A DNA stretch of 64,000 bases from an uncultured bacterium (lineage in GTDB: Bacteria > Eisenbacteria > RBG-16-71-46 > CAIMUX01 > WJJG01): the NCBI GenBank assembly GCA_964417675.1, contig CAYQJL010000282.1, positions 68,077-132,076 on the forward strand, written 5' to 3'. Each line of letters starts with the position of its first letter. The first letter of the stretch is position 1. This document shows positions 51,726 through 61,021 of this stretch, in pieces. Below the pieces are notes generated by a model. The model was not told where the DNA came from, made no database searches, and worked only from the letters and a program-made list of their open reading frames with translations. The translations under genes were made by a program, and so were the position numbers.

Positions 51726-53021
51726 TCAACCGGGATCTGAAGGGTTCCTCTCGCCGGAACCCGCCGTCTCCAACGCGAGGATCGCCTTCATCACAGCCTC
51801 GGCGAAGGCGCCGTCGCTCTCCCGCGCGGCCTCCGGCCAGGGCGCAAGCGGCTCTCCAACTCTCACCCTCACAGGACGTTGGCGCAGTAGGCTTGCTTTC
51901 CAGCCACTGCCTGAGACGCATACCGGCACCACCGGTACGCACGCGCGCCGGGCAAGCCACGCCACCCCGGTGTGAATCGCGCCGCGGCCCTGCCGGACAC
52001 GCGTGCCCTGGGGGAAGATGATGAGCGGCTTGGCCTGCCTGAGGGTCTGCAAGCACAACCTGAGGGCGGCCCGGTCGGCGAGCCCGCGCTTGACCGGCAG
52101 CGCTCCCAGCGCGCGGATCAGCATGCCGAACAAGGGCGACCCGAACAGCTCGCGCTTGGCCATGAATGCGGCGGGGGCATCCATCAAGCAGGCCATCAGC
52201 GGTGGATCGTGATAGGAACGGTGATTCGCCGCGATGATGTAGGCTCCCGGCGGCAGGTCGCGCCCTCCTCGCTCGACCTTGACCCCCAGCAGGCCGAAGT
52301 AGAACGTCCGCGCCAAGGCGCGCACCGACCGGTAGAACCATGTGCCCTTGCGGCGTCCCCTACGTTGGTAGAGCTCGGCAACCAGGTCGATCTGCTCGGC
52401 CAGACCCATATCGGTGGTGTCCAGCACAATCGCCCCCGGAGGCACCCTGAGGGGTGAAATCGCGCGGCCCGCATCGCGAGCGTCCCGCGCGGCCATCTCC
52501 TTCAAGATCGTATCCGGATCGGCGGCCAGGCCCTGCTCTTCGAGCTGCACACGGCGGCGCCGGGCCCGCGCGGCCAGCGAAGCGGTCAGGTACACCTTGA
52601 GCCCGGCCTCGGGGAACACCGTGCTGCCCATGTCGCGGCCCTCGGCCACACACGGGTAGGCATCGGCAAGCGCCAGCACCTGTCGCCGAACCCACTCGCG
52701 CACGCCCGCGTGGGTGGCCAGTTCGGAGGCCAGCTTGCCAATCTCCTCACGGCGGATCGGCCCCTCGATCGACTCACCAGCAAGCCACAGGGAAAAGCCC
52801 CGCTTCTCCGGACGCACCGTCACGGCCACATCGGCGAGAAACTCCTTCAGGCGGGGATCGCCCACCCCACCGATCCCACGCCGATCAGCCATCCAGGCAA
52901 CGGCCCGGTAGAAGGCCCCGGAATCGAGATAGTGCAGCCCCAGGCGCTGGGCCAGAGCTCTGGCCGTGACGGACTTCCCTGTGCCGGCCGGACCATCGAT
53001 GGTCAGCATCCACGATTGCAT
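51726..53021 (-). CDS. Fused cytidylate kinase / 1-acyl-sn-glycerol-3-phosphate acyltransferase
   Basis: N-terminal Cmk (IDGPAGTGKSV P-loop, LDSGAFYR). C-terminal PlsC-type acyltransferase with HX4D (ANHRSYHD) and FPQGTR motifs. Single ORF, no internal stop. Confidence 0.8.
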   Translation of the reverse strand: MQSWMLTIDGPAGTGKSVTARALAQRLGLHYLDSGAFYRAVAWMADRRGIGGVGDPRLKEFLADVAVTVRPEKRGFSLWLAGESIEGPIRREEIGKLASELATHAGVREWVRRQVLALADAYPCVAEGRDMGSTVFPEAGLKVYLTASLAARARRRRVQLEEQGLAADPDTILKEMAARDARDAGRAISPLRVPPGAIVLDTTDMGLAEQIDLVAELYQRRGRRKGTWFYRSVRALARTFYFGLLGVKVERGGRDLPPGAYIIAANHRSYHDPPLMACLMDAPAAFMAKRELFGSPLFGMLIRALGALPVKRGLADRAALRLCLQTLRQAKPLIIFPQGTRVRQGRGAIHTGVAWLARRACVPVVPVCVSGSGWKASLLRQRPVRVRVGEPLAPWPEAARESDGAFAEAVMKAILALETAGSGERNPSDPG

Positions 53022-53034
53022 CGTGCGCGGGCCC

Positions 53035-53754
53035 TCACAACTCTGTCAGCGCGCGCAGCGCAGCGATCTCCTCGGAGGTCAGCCGCCGCAGCTTGCCCGC
53101 CGGCAGTTCGCCGAGACCGATCCCGGCGAATTGAATCCGTTTCAGACGATTGACGCGCAGTCCGACCGCACGGCACATACGGCGCACTTCCCGCTTCTTG
53201 CCTTCCTTCAGCGTCATCCGCAGCACGGCGCCCCTGGCCCGTGCGCGCCGGACTCGCACCTGCGCCGGCGCGCTGCTTTCGTTCGGGCCGATCTGCACAC
53301 CCGTGGACAGGAGGCGCACCTGGCCGGGCCGGGGTCGCGGGGAAACCGACACCTGATACACCTTCTCCACACCGTAGCGGGGGTGCAAGAGCCGGTGTCC
53401 GAGCTCACCGTCGTTGGTGAGCAACAGGATGCCCTCCGAGTTCCGATCGAGACGGCCGACGGCAAACAGATGCTCCGGGAGCCGCCGCAGGAACGGTTCC
53501 AGTCCCTCGCGTCCGAGCTCATCCTGCATGGAGACGACCACTCCGCGTGGTTTGTGGAATGCGTAGTAGGCCATGGTCGCAGGAGGAACCACCCGCTCCC
53601 CGTCGAAGTGGATCTGATCGGCACCGGCCCGCACCGGATGGCCCGGCTCACGGGTGATCGCGCCGTTGACCTCCACCCGTCCCTCCTGAATCAGTGTCAT
53701 CGCCGCTCGGCGTGAGGCGACACCACAGAAGGCCAGGTAGCGATTCAAACGCAT
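53035..53754 (-). CDS. rluB: 23S rRNA pseudouridine synthase, RluB/RsuA family
   Basis: S4 domain (MRLNRYLAFCGVASRRAAMTLIQEGRVEVNG) plus catalytic RLDRNSEGILLLTNDG. Confidence 0.85.
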   Translation of the reverse strand: MRLNRYLAFCGVASRRAAMTLIQEGRVEVNGAITREPGHPVRAGADQIHFDGERVVPPATMAYYAFHKPRGVVVSMQDELGREGLEPFLRRLPEHLFAVGRLDRNSEGILLLTNDGELGHRLLHPRYGVEKVYQVSVSPRPRPGQVRLLSTGVQIGPNESSAPAQVRVRRARARGAVLRMTLKEGKKREVRRMCRAVGLRVNRLKRIQFAGIGLGELPAGKLRRLTSEEIAALRALTEL

Positions 53755-53816
53755 GCCGCCCGATTCCGACCGGGAGGACGAACTCGGCCGGCGCGGATTG
53801 CCTCTGCGCGGGGGTA

Positions 53817-54611
53817 TCATTGTGGAACCTCATCGCGCTCGATCGGCGGGAGCTCGGCGGGACGCTCCTGCACCGGATCCACGAGCTCCTGACGGGGCAC
53901 ATCCCGATCCGTGCGCTGGGATTCACCGTCCCACTCGCAGCCTCCCTCCCCGTCGGCGGACGCTGTCTCCTCCGCAGCGCCCTCGGAAGGGTCGGCCTCG
54001 GGATCGGTTTGCGCCGGATCGTCGACCCCGTCGGACCTGGGCGACTGGATCACTCCAGCGCGTGCGAGCTCATCGCGCGCTTCCTCCCGGCTGATCAGAG
54101 CCTCAAACTCTGTGAGCTTGGGCAATTCCGACAGATCCATCAAGCCGAAGTGCTCCAAAAAGCGCTCCGTTGTGACATACAGCAGCGGATGGCCGACCGC
54201 CGGGGAGCGGCCCTTGATCCCGATCAGCTGTCGTTCCAGAAGCGTGCGGAACACGCCCCCGCAATCCACACCGCGGATCGATTCGACCTCGCCCCGGGTC
54301 ACCGGCTGCCGATAGGCCACCACCGCCAGGGCCTCCAGCGCCGCGCGCGAGAGACGCTGCCGCCGCCGGCCCACCAGGAAGCGCTCCACCTCCGGCGCCA
54401 CGTCCGACCGGGTCAGCAGCTGGTAGCCGCCGGCGATCGGAGTCAGGGAGAAGGCGCGTTCGGTTTTGTCGTAGAAGCGCTTCAGCTCCGCGAGGGCATC
54501 CTCGATCGCCTGCTCCTCCAACTCAGGATACAGCTCCTGCACCTGGGCGAGGGTGAGCGGCCCTTCCGAGGCAAACAGCAAGGCCTCCAGTATGCGGACC
54601 AGATCCGTCAC
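53817..54611 (-). CDS. scpB: Segregation and condensation protein B
   Basis: ILEALLFASEGPLTLAQ... tandem winged-helix domains. Acidic C-terminal tail. Start approximate. Confidence 0.8.
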   Translation of the reverse strand: MTDLVRILEALLFASEGPLTLAQVQELYPELEEQAIEDALAELKRFYDKTERAFSLTPIAGGYQLLTRSDVAPEVERFLVGRRRQRLSRAALEALAVVAYRQPVTRGEVESIRGVDCGGVFRTLLERQLIGIKGRSPAVGHPLLYVTTERFLEHFGLMDLSELPKLTEFEALISREEARDELARAGVIQSPRSDGVDDPAQTDPEADPSEGAAEETASADGEGGCEWDGESQRTDRDVPRQELVDPVQERPAELPPIERDEVPQ

Positions 54612-54665
54612 GCCGGTCGTATTCCTCCGATGACAAGGGTTGTCGTCCCGCCGCGGCAAGGGGGG

Positions 54666-55445
54666 TCAAGAAACCACGGCCTCTTCCACCTCGCGGGACA
54701 CGATCCAGATGGCGCCACATACTTGGTCCTGCAAGATGCACACCACCTGTTGTCGGGCTAGCTCCAGCATCGCCAGGAAGGCCACCGCGATCTCCATGCG
54801 GGTCGGCCGCCGTTCGAAGATCTCCCCGAAGGTAATTCGCCCGGCGCGCTTCTCGAGCCGCTCCAGAACCAAGGCCACCTGGTCTTCGAGACGCACATCC
54901 TCGAGCTGCACTTGATGAACCGCCGGCGGCGGCGTTTCGCGCGTCTCGATCGACTGAAACGCCCGCACGAGCGTATAGAGATCGACTTCCTTCAACGGGT
55001 ACATGTAATCGTTCGGCAGCGTCGGCTGGTGGCCGCGCGGGAATCGCGGGCCGGTCTCCTCGTGCCGCCGCCGAAAATCGGCGGCCACCTCCTTGAACAG
55101 CTTGTAGGCAATCAGACGGCCGATGAGATCCTCCTCCGTGAGAATCTCCTCGTCATCCCCGGGCGCCGCCGGGCGCGGGAGCAGCCGTTGGGACTTCAGA
55201 CGCATCAAGGTCGCCGCCATCACGAGGAACTCACTCGCGATCTCGATATTGAGGGCCTCCATCAACTCGAGATACTCGACATACTGCCGCGTGATGCGCG
55301 AGATCGAGATCTCCCAGATCTCGATCTCGTCCTGTTTGATCAGATGCAGCAGCAGGTCCAGGGGACCCTCGAAATTGTCCAGGCGGATCCGGTAGGCCCC
55401 TTCGGGCGTCCCGGCGGCCTGTGGCTGTTCGACGACCTGAATCAT
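54666..55445 (-). CDS. scpA: Segregation and condensation protein A
   Basis: FEGPLDLLLHLIKQDEIEIWEISISRITRQY is the ScpA signature. Start ATG 55445. Confidence 0.85.
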   Translation of the reverse strand: MIQVVEQPQAAGTPEGAYRIRLDNFEGPLDLLLHLIKQDEIEIWEISISRITRQYVEYLELMEALNIEIASEFLVMAATLMRLKSQRLLPRPAAPGDDEEILTEEDLIGRLIAYKLFKEVAADFRRRHEETGPRFPRGHQPTLPNDYMYPLKEVDLYTLVRAFQSIETRETPPPAVHQVQLEDVRLEDQVALVLERLEKRAGRITFGEIFERRPTRMEIAVAFLAMLELARQQVVCILQDQVCGAIWIVSREVEEAVVS

Positions 55446-55615
55446 TGCATCCTCCCCATGGAGTTTGCACACTATGGCAGTCGCTCGATTCTGTCAAGAT
55501 TCGCGAGGTCAGCCCCCCCCTGCGGTCCATGGCCGACAGACGGCCCGTTCGCGGAGCCAACCGCCAGGCACGCGACGATTGGGAACGGCTCGCATACATG
55601 AAAGGAGAGCTGGGA

Positions 55616-56065
55616 ATGCTCGACATCCGCACCCACACCTTGACCTTCCCTTCCCAGGGATATGCCGACATCCTGGATTTGACGCCGGATACCGACTCCC
55701 TCCTCCACCGCGAAGCGCTGCGCGACGGGTCGGTGCTTCTCTTCACGCCCGGAGCTACGGCGGGGCTCTCCACGATCGAGTTCGAACCAGGCGCGGTGGC
55801 TGATCTGAAGGCTGCCATCGAGCGGCTGGCGCCCGAGGGCATCTCCTACGCGCATGATCGGCGCTGGGGCGACGGCAACGGCTTCTCGCACGTGCGGGCC
55901 GCCCTCATCAAGCCCAGTCTGGAGGTGCCGGTCAGCGGCGGAGAACTGATGCTCGGCACATGGCAACAGATCATTCTGCTGGACTTCGACAACCGTCCGC
56001 GGCAGCGAGCGGTGGTCTGTCAGCTGCGGGGAATCTTCGACAGCGGCCGGAACGATGCGACGTAG
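55616..56065 (+). CDS. YjbQ/UPF0047 family protein (secondary thiamine-phosphate synthase-like)
   Basis: MLDIRTHTLTFPSQGYADILDLT...GDGNGFSHVRAALIKPSLEVPVSGGELMLGTWQQIILLDFD. Start at ATG 55616, 7 nt after an AAGGAGAG Shine-Dalgarno. The track ORF begins earlier at GTG 55421. Confidence 0.75.
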   Translation: MLDIRTHTLTFPSQGYADILDLTPDTDSLLHREALRDGSVLLFTPGATAGLSTIEFEPGAVADLKAAIERLAPEGISYAHDRRWGDGNGFSHVRAALIKPSLEVPVSGGELMLGTWQQIILLDFDNRPRQRAVVCQLRGIFDSGRNDAT

Positions 56066-56085
56066 CCCAAGAAGCGGCCCAAGAA

Positions 56086-56120
56086 GCGGCGCCGGATCGT
56101 ACATGCCGATCCGGCGCCGC
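56086..56120. terminator. Perfect 14-bp-stem hairpin between convergent genes (candidate bidirectional terminator)
   Basis: GCGGCGCCGGATCG-tacatgc-CGATCCGGCGCCGC, 20 nt after the yjbQ stop. There is no strong T tract, so confidence is modest. Confidence 0.4.
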
Positions 56121-56346
56121 GAGACAGGCCGGTAGGAGCCCCTTTCGGGTTGTGCAAGTTAGCCTACGTGGATCCCTCCCCCATGAGGCCATGGCGCCGG
56201 GCCGGGTCCAGAAGCCTGGCTGCCATCCAGCCGTGTATGGCCCCCACCGGGGCACATGCTGAGAAAGGGGCTGGGACGCACTGCGATGCTGATGCAAGAT
56301 CCCAGGGGGTCAGCCTGACAAAGGTGCTGCGTCTCAGCCCCCAAGA

Positions 56347-57258
56347 CTACCATCCCGTCTGGCCTTCGCACCCGACGGAAACCGTGTCCCAATTCAAGTA
56401 GATTTCCCCTCCCGCCCGCGGCAACGCGATGATCTCAAAGGCTCCTCCGCGGCCCCCGGGAGTGGAACAGCCTTCCTCGAGAACGTATCGCGACAGCGAG
56501 ATCTGGAGATATCCATTGGCCGAATAGGTGGCGAATCCGTCCACACGAACATCCACATGAGCATGGTCGTGCAGGCCCAGGAAGACAGCCACAACCATGT
56601 GGCTCGAGAAGTCGACAGCTGGCATCACGACCATCGAATGCGACTCGTCGAGTGACTCGCGCAAGAGGTCGATCAACGCATCCTCATCGCGAATCACGAA
56701 TTCCGCCGCGCTCGGCCTCCGGGCATAATGCCCATGGAGCAGGCGCTCAACCGGGATGAACTCCACGCGCTCCTCCGGCTGTGGGCCGAAGCTGTGCAGC
56801 CAGATTCCCTGGAGGATGCCCACCAGGCATTGCTTCGCCGGTGACAACGACGCCGGATCCTCGAACTCGAATTGCGCCGATGACCCGCCACGGGTCACTC
56901 TGACAAAACCCAGCGAAGCACGCCCATTCGAATCCGTCCGAGCCGAGTCTTCGAGATCAGCGGCCCGCAAGGCATTTTCAAGTTCGCGCCAGGTCGCCGG
57001 TCCCAGCCATCCAGGATCGGCCCCCTCATCCACTTCCAGGAGCGTGATACGGCCCCCCGCGTCAATCGAGAGCCGCCCGGACTCGTGCGGGGACGCGAAA
57101 CTGATATTGTCCCAGGAGGCGTCTATCTCGTCGGGAGCCGTGGGGCTCCCCTGGCTACACCCGCCGATGGCCAGCCCAAGCAACAGGATCGAACCCAGCC
57201 ACAGGACGGTTCCCACAGCCCGGCATTGCTCCCCTTGTCTGAACTTCACATCGCGCAC
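56347..57258 (-). CDS. Hypothetical lipoprotein
   Basis: Lipoprotein signal (KFRQGEQCRAVGTVLWLGSILLLGLAIGGCS). Start placed at GTG 57258, 8 nt after a GGAGG Shine-Dalgarno, because the predicted sigma-54 transcription start falls at about 57271. No known domain. Confidence 0.55.
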   Translation of the reverse strand: MRDVKFRQGEQCRAVGTVLWLGSILLLGLAIGGCSQGSPTAPDEIDASWDNISFASPHESGRLSIDAGGRITLLEVDEGADPGWLGPATWRELENALRAADLEDSARTDSNGRASLGFVRVTRGGSSAQFEFEDPASLSPAKQCLVGILQGIWLHSFGPQPEERVEFIPVERLLHGHYARRPSAAEFVIRDEDALIDLLRESLDESHSMVVMPAVDFSSHMVVAVFLGLHDHAHVDVRVDGFATYSANGYLQISLSRYVLEEGCSTPGGRGGAFEIIALPRAGGEIYLNWDTVSVGCEGQTGW

Positions 57259-57280
57259 GGCAAAGACCTCCACTCCCTAC

Positions 57281-57297
57281 ACTGCAAGAGGAATGCC
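57281..57297 (-). promoter_or_regulatory. Candidate sigma-54 (-24/-12) promoter
   Basis: Minus strand reads CTGGCATTCCTCTTGCAG. GG and GC are spaced exactly as in the TGGCAC-N5-TTGCW consensus. The GC lies about 12 nt upstream of the Shine-Dalgarno of the lipoprotein gene. Confidence 0.5.
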
Positions 57298-57476
57298 AGA
57301 ACCCTCTTCCTGGGCATAATGCGTAACTATTCATCCTGAAATAAGTTACAACACCACTTCTTCGGGTGGTCTCGCCGCGCACCGGCCTTCCACCCGGAAA
57401 CCCGAGGTCTCTCTCAGAATCCTGAGACAAATGCACGCCTCGAGGTACCGTACAATCGAGATGCCCTGGCCGCTCG

Positions 57477-57570
57477 AACGGGCAGCCGGCAAGGATGCCT
57501 CGACTCCCGCCCACGGGCAGCCGGCAAGGATGCCTCGACTCCCGCACACGGGCAGCCGGCAAGGATGGCT
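57477..57570. repeat. 36-bp tandem repeat, 2.6 copies (ACGGGCAGCCGGCAAGGATGCCTCGACTCCCGCMC), a candidate enhancer-like array
   Basis: Direct reading. It begins 5 nt after the stop of the upstream gene and lies about 180-280 bp upstream of the sigma-54 -24 element. Each unit contains the GGCA-N4-TGCC and GCCGGC dyads. Confidence 0.8.
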
Positions 57571-57574
57571 GGAT

Positions 57575-58666
57575 CTACCGCGACGTGCTCACCTGCAGGC
57601 GCATGCCGATCGAGAGAGACAGCTTCTCGTAGTAGCGGCCGGAAACACGTGACTCGTTGCGCTCGTAGGCCACCCGCAGCTCCGGGGACCAACCGCCGGC
57701 CACCGGCCGGCTGAGCTGCAGGACGGCCCCCGATCGCGCCCCCAGGTCCGGGTCATCCGAATCCTCCCGAAGTCGGTAGATCCGATATTCGTCCCTGACG
57801 TACATCGGCGCCTCGAACCGGCCGACCAGCACCAGCAGCCAACGTCCCGGCAGCCGACTTCCCCAGTTCAGCTCCACCTCGTGCCGGCGGTGGTCATACC
57901 CGAAGCTGTTGCTGTGCACGCTGCGGAACCGGTAGGCCAGGGTCGCGCGCGGCAAGCCCAGGTGCTCCAACGTCAGCCCGGCCCAGAACTCCGTGCTGCG
58001 GTGCTTCTCCGCAAGCAGGCCGGAGGCGTTCTCTTCCGGCGCTGCCAAGGCATGCTCATCGAAGCTCATCCGGCCGCCCCCCAGTTCCAGGCCCCCTCGC
58101 AGGGCTGGCCCCAGGCTCCCATCCACACCGCTCTGAAGAGTGAACCCCTCCCGGGCGGTCGTTCCTCCGGCGGGCGTCTGCACCATGAACAGGCGGCCTT
58201 CCCAGCTGTAGCGCGTGACGCCCCCCGGGCGCGCTTCCCCGCCCACGGCCGCCTGATGACGCAGGTATCCGCGTGTGTCGTCCTGTCGATGCGTGCGCCA
58301 GGTGGTCTCCCATGCTGACCAGATGGGAATCGCGCGGGAACCTGTGCGCCAGCGCGCGGCTCCGTGAAGAATGTGGCGCGATTCACGGGGCGTTCGCCAG
58401 TAGCGGTCGGTCGAATAGCGCACTCGCCACTGGGCCGGCCAGTAGTCCGCGACGGTGCCCAGGGCAGTGAGCGTGGCGTCGGCCTCCAGGCGCAGGAAGC
58501 TCTCGCCCACATGCCGATCGGAGCGCACCTTCTCGAGGATGTTGTTGTCATAGCCCCAGGCAACGCGGCCCCCGGCCCGCGTCTGATAGGAGGTCGAACC
58601 AGTCGCGGGTGGAGCCACCCCCACCCACAGGCCGAGCACCCACCCGATCAGCAGCGCACATCTCAT
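57575..58666 (-). CDS. Hypothetical secreted protein, probable outer-membrane beta-barrel
   Basis: Signal peptide (MRCALLIGWVLGLWVGVA). Alternating amphipathic beta-strand pattern rich in W/Y/R. No recognised catalytic motif. Confidence 0.5.
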   Translation of the reverse strand: MRCALLIGWVLGLWVGVAPPATGSTSYQTRAGGRVAWGYDNNILEKVRSDRHVGESFLRLEADATLTALGTVADYWPAQWRVRYSTDRYWRTPRESRHILHGAARWRTGSRAIPIWSAWETTWRTHRQDDTRGYLRHQAAVGGEARPGGVTRYSWEGRLFMVQTPAGGTTAREGFTLQSGVDGSLGPALRGGLELGGGRMSFDEHALAAPEENASGLLAEKHRSTEFWAGLTLEHLGLPRATLAYRFRSVHSNSFGYDHRRHEVELNWGSRLPGRWLLVLVGRFEAPMYVRDEYRIYRLREDSDDPDLGARSGAVLQLSRPVAGGWSPELRVAYERNESRVSGRYYEKLSLSIGMRLQVSTSR

Positions 58667-58676
58667 GGCCGACTCC

Positions 58677-59651
58677 CTATCCATCTGCCCCGGCCTGACG
58701 CCGGGCCGCGCGCTCCAACTCCTGCGCCCGCAACAGCAGAGCGGCTCTGCGCAGCTGAAGCCACTCGGCCAACTCGCTCAGAACCGTCAGTGCCGTCCAC
58801 CGCTCCCCGCCCCGCCCATCCGGATCCAGGCCGGCCTGACGTCGCAAGGTCTCGACCTGCGCAATCTCGGTCGGGCTCAGCCCGACGTCGAGCCACAGGT
58901 TCGCTTCCGCGCCGGACAATGCCCCCCGTGCGAGCAGGTCATCTCCAAGCAGGCCTTGATCGCCCAGCAACTCGGCCATCTCACGGTCGACGGCCAGCCG
59001 CTCCGTCACCATCGCGCGCAAGCGATTCACATAGCGGTTCCAGGCCCACAGGCGATCGGCGAGATCACGCGACAGTCCCGCCCGAAACTCCAGGTCCTCG
59101 GGGCCGTCGCCGGGAGCCGCCTCGGGCAGGGCCACATCCACACGCCCGGAGGGCGCGTCGAGGGCCAGCAGCATCCCGCGCAACTCGATCAGGGTATCGC
59201 GCGCCGGCCAGCTCGGCGGGATGTCTTCTGAACGCAGGCTTCGGCGCACCGCCCCCAGAAGCCGCCCGGCCAGCGCCTCGCAATGCAGCTCCTGCCGCCG
59301 GAGATCCCCACTGAGTCGATCGTCCTGCTCGGCGAGGCTTGCCAGGCGGGCCATCGCGGCCCGATCGCGGTCCTGTCCCTGCGTGGATCCAGCCGATACG
59401 GCCGCCAACGAGTCACCGGTTTGCTTCAAGCCCATCCGTTCCCTCAAGAGGGAATCCACGACAGCCTGGCAGTCGAGCCAATCCCGCTTGAGCCGGATGA
59501 CCTCCTCCGGAAGCGTCTGCCCTTGCGCAGCGATCAAGCCGCCGACGGACAGCAAGAACAGGGCACAACTCACGCGTACCCGGCCCGGGCAACCGGCCGG
59601 ACCGCCGCCGGCGGAACGGCCCGGAGAACTCTTTCGGGCAGATGCGCTCAC
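58677..59651 (-). CDS. Hypothetical protein with signal peptide/TM, mainly helical
   Basis: 324 aa. The start overlaps the stop of the upstream response regulator by ATGA, so it is likely co-transcribed with the two-component system. Confidence 0.45.
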   Translation of the reverse strand: MSASARKSSPGRSAGGGPAGCPGRVRVSCALFLLSVGGLIAAQGQTLPEEVIRLKRDWLDCQAVVDSLLRERMGLKQTGDSLAAVSAGSTQGQDRDRAAMARLASLAEQDDRLSGDLRRQELHCEALAGRLLGAVRRSLRSEDIPPSWPARDTLIELRGMLLALDAPSGRVDVALPEAAPGDGPEDLEFRAGLSRDLADRLWAWNRYVNRLRAMVTERLAVDREMAELLGDQGLLGDDLLARGALSGAEANLWLDVGLSPTEIAQVETLRRQAGLDPDGRGGERWTALTVLSELAEWLQLRRAALLLRAQELERAARRQAGADG

Positions 59652-61018
59652 GTCAGGCCGTACTTCTCCAGCTTGTAGTACAGGGCGCTCGGCTTGATCC
59701 GCAGGAGGCGGGCAGCTTCGCTCTTGACCCCGCCCGCCTGCTCCATCGCTCGCTCCACCAGCGCCTGCTCGAGCTCCCCCAGCGCCCTGTTCAGGGGCGG
59801 AATCCCCGCCGGCAGCGGAATGCTGGACGGCCCGGCCGGCTGCAAGAAGGCGAAGTCCGCCTCCGTGATCCGGTTCTGATCACAGAGCACCATCGCCCGC
59901 TCGAGCGCATTTTCCAGCTCACGCACATTCCCGGGCCAGCCATAGTGCGTCAGCAGCTTCAGCGCTGAATCCTCGATGATCACCGGGGCCCGGCCCAGCT
60001 GCTCGGCAATCCTGCGCGCGAAGTGGCGTGCCAGGAGAGGCACGTCTTCCTTGCGCTCCCGCAAGGGCGGGAGGTGGATCGGAATCACGTACAATCGGTA
60101 GAAGAGGTCCTCCCGAAAGGCACCCTCGCCCACCCGGGCCTTCAGATCCCGATGGGTGGCCGCGATCACGCGCGCATTGACCTGCAGGGTATGTTCACCC
60201 CCGACGCGCTCGAACTCGCGCTCCTGCAGAACTCGAAGCAGGCGCACCTGCACGCTGGGCGGGATGTCCGCGATCTCATCAAGGAAAAGCACCCCCCCAT
60301 CAGCCAACTCGAAGCGCCCCAGGCGTTGCCTCACGGCCCCGGTAAACGCTCCCCGTTCATGGCCGAACAGCTCGCTTTCGAGAACACCCTCGGCCAGTGC
60401 GCCGCAATTGACGCGCACAAACGGTCCCTCACGCCGGCCGCTGCGCATGTGGATGGCCCGGGCCACCAGTTCCTTGCCGGTGCCACTCTCGCCGGTAATC
60501 AGCACCGAGCTATCCGAATCGGCCACCTTCTCGATGGTCGCATAGACCGACTGCATCGACGCCGCGCGGCCGATGATCTGCCCATCGTTGAACGCATCCC
60601 GCACTTCTCGTTCGAGGAGCTCGCGCCGGCTACGTTCGACCGACAGCGCGCTGCGGTCACGCCGGACACGCAGCGCCTGACCCAGTTTCGCGGACAGGTG
60701 ATCCATGCGCACCGGCTTCGTGAGAAAGTCGAATGCGCCGGCCTGCATGGCTTCCACCGCTATCTCCACGGTGCCGAACGCCGTGAGCACAATGACCTCG
60801 ACAAATGGGTCGAGTTCCTTCGCCTTGCGTAACACGTCCATGCCGCTGAGACCGGGCAGCTTCAGATCGGTCAGAATGACCTCCGGGACCTCCTGCTCCA
60901 GCGCCTCGCACGCTTCCTCGCCGCTGAGGCACGCCCGCAGGCGATGGCTGTCCTCCAGGAGCTCCACCATGGCCTCCAGCAGCGTCTCGTTGTCTTCCAC
61001 CAGCAGAATGCGCCCCAT
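59648..61018 (-). CDS. Sigma-54-dependent Fis-family response regulator (NtrC-like enhancer-binding protein)
   Basis: Receiver domain (LLVEDNETL...DLKLPGLSG), AAA+ sigma-54 interaction domain (GESGTGKELVARAIH, GAFTGA), C-terminal Fis-type HTH. Confidence 0.9.
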   Translation of the reverse strand: MGRILLVEDNETLLEAMVELLEDSHRLRACLSGEEACEALEQEVPEVILTDLKLPGLSGMDVLRKAKELDPFVEVIVLTAFGTVEIAVEAMQAGAFDFLTKPVRMDHLSAKLGQALRVRRDRSALSVERSRRELLEREVRDAFNDGQIIGRAASMQSVYATIEKVADSDSSVLITGESGTGKELVARAIHMRSGRREGPFVRVNCGALAEGVLESELFGHERGAFTGAVRQRLGRFELADGGVLFLDEIADIPPSVQVRLLRVLQEREFERVGGEHTLQVNARVIAATHRDLKARVGEGAFREDLFYRLYVIPIHLPPLRERKEDVPLLARHFARRIAEQLGRAPVIIEDSALKLLTHYGWPGNVRELENALERAMVLCDQNRITEADFAFLQPAGPSSIPLPAGIPPLNRALGELEQALVERAMEQAGGVKSEAARLLRIKPSALYYKLEKYGLT

Positions 61019-61021
61019 GAT

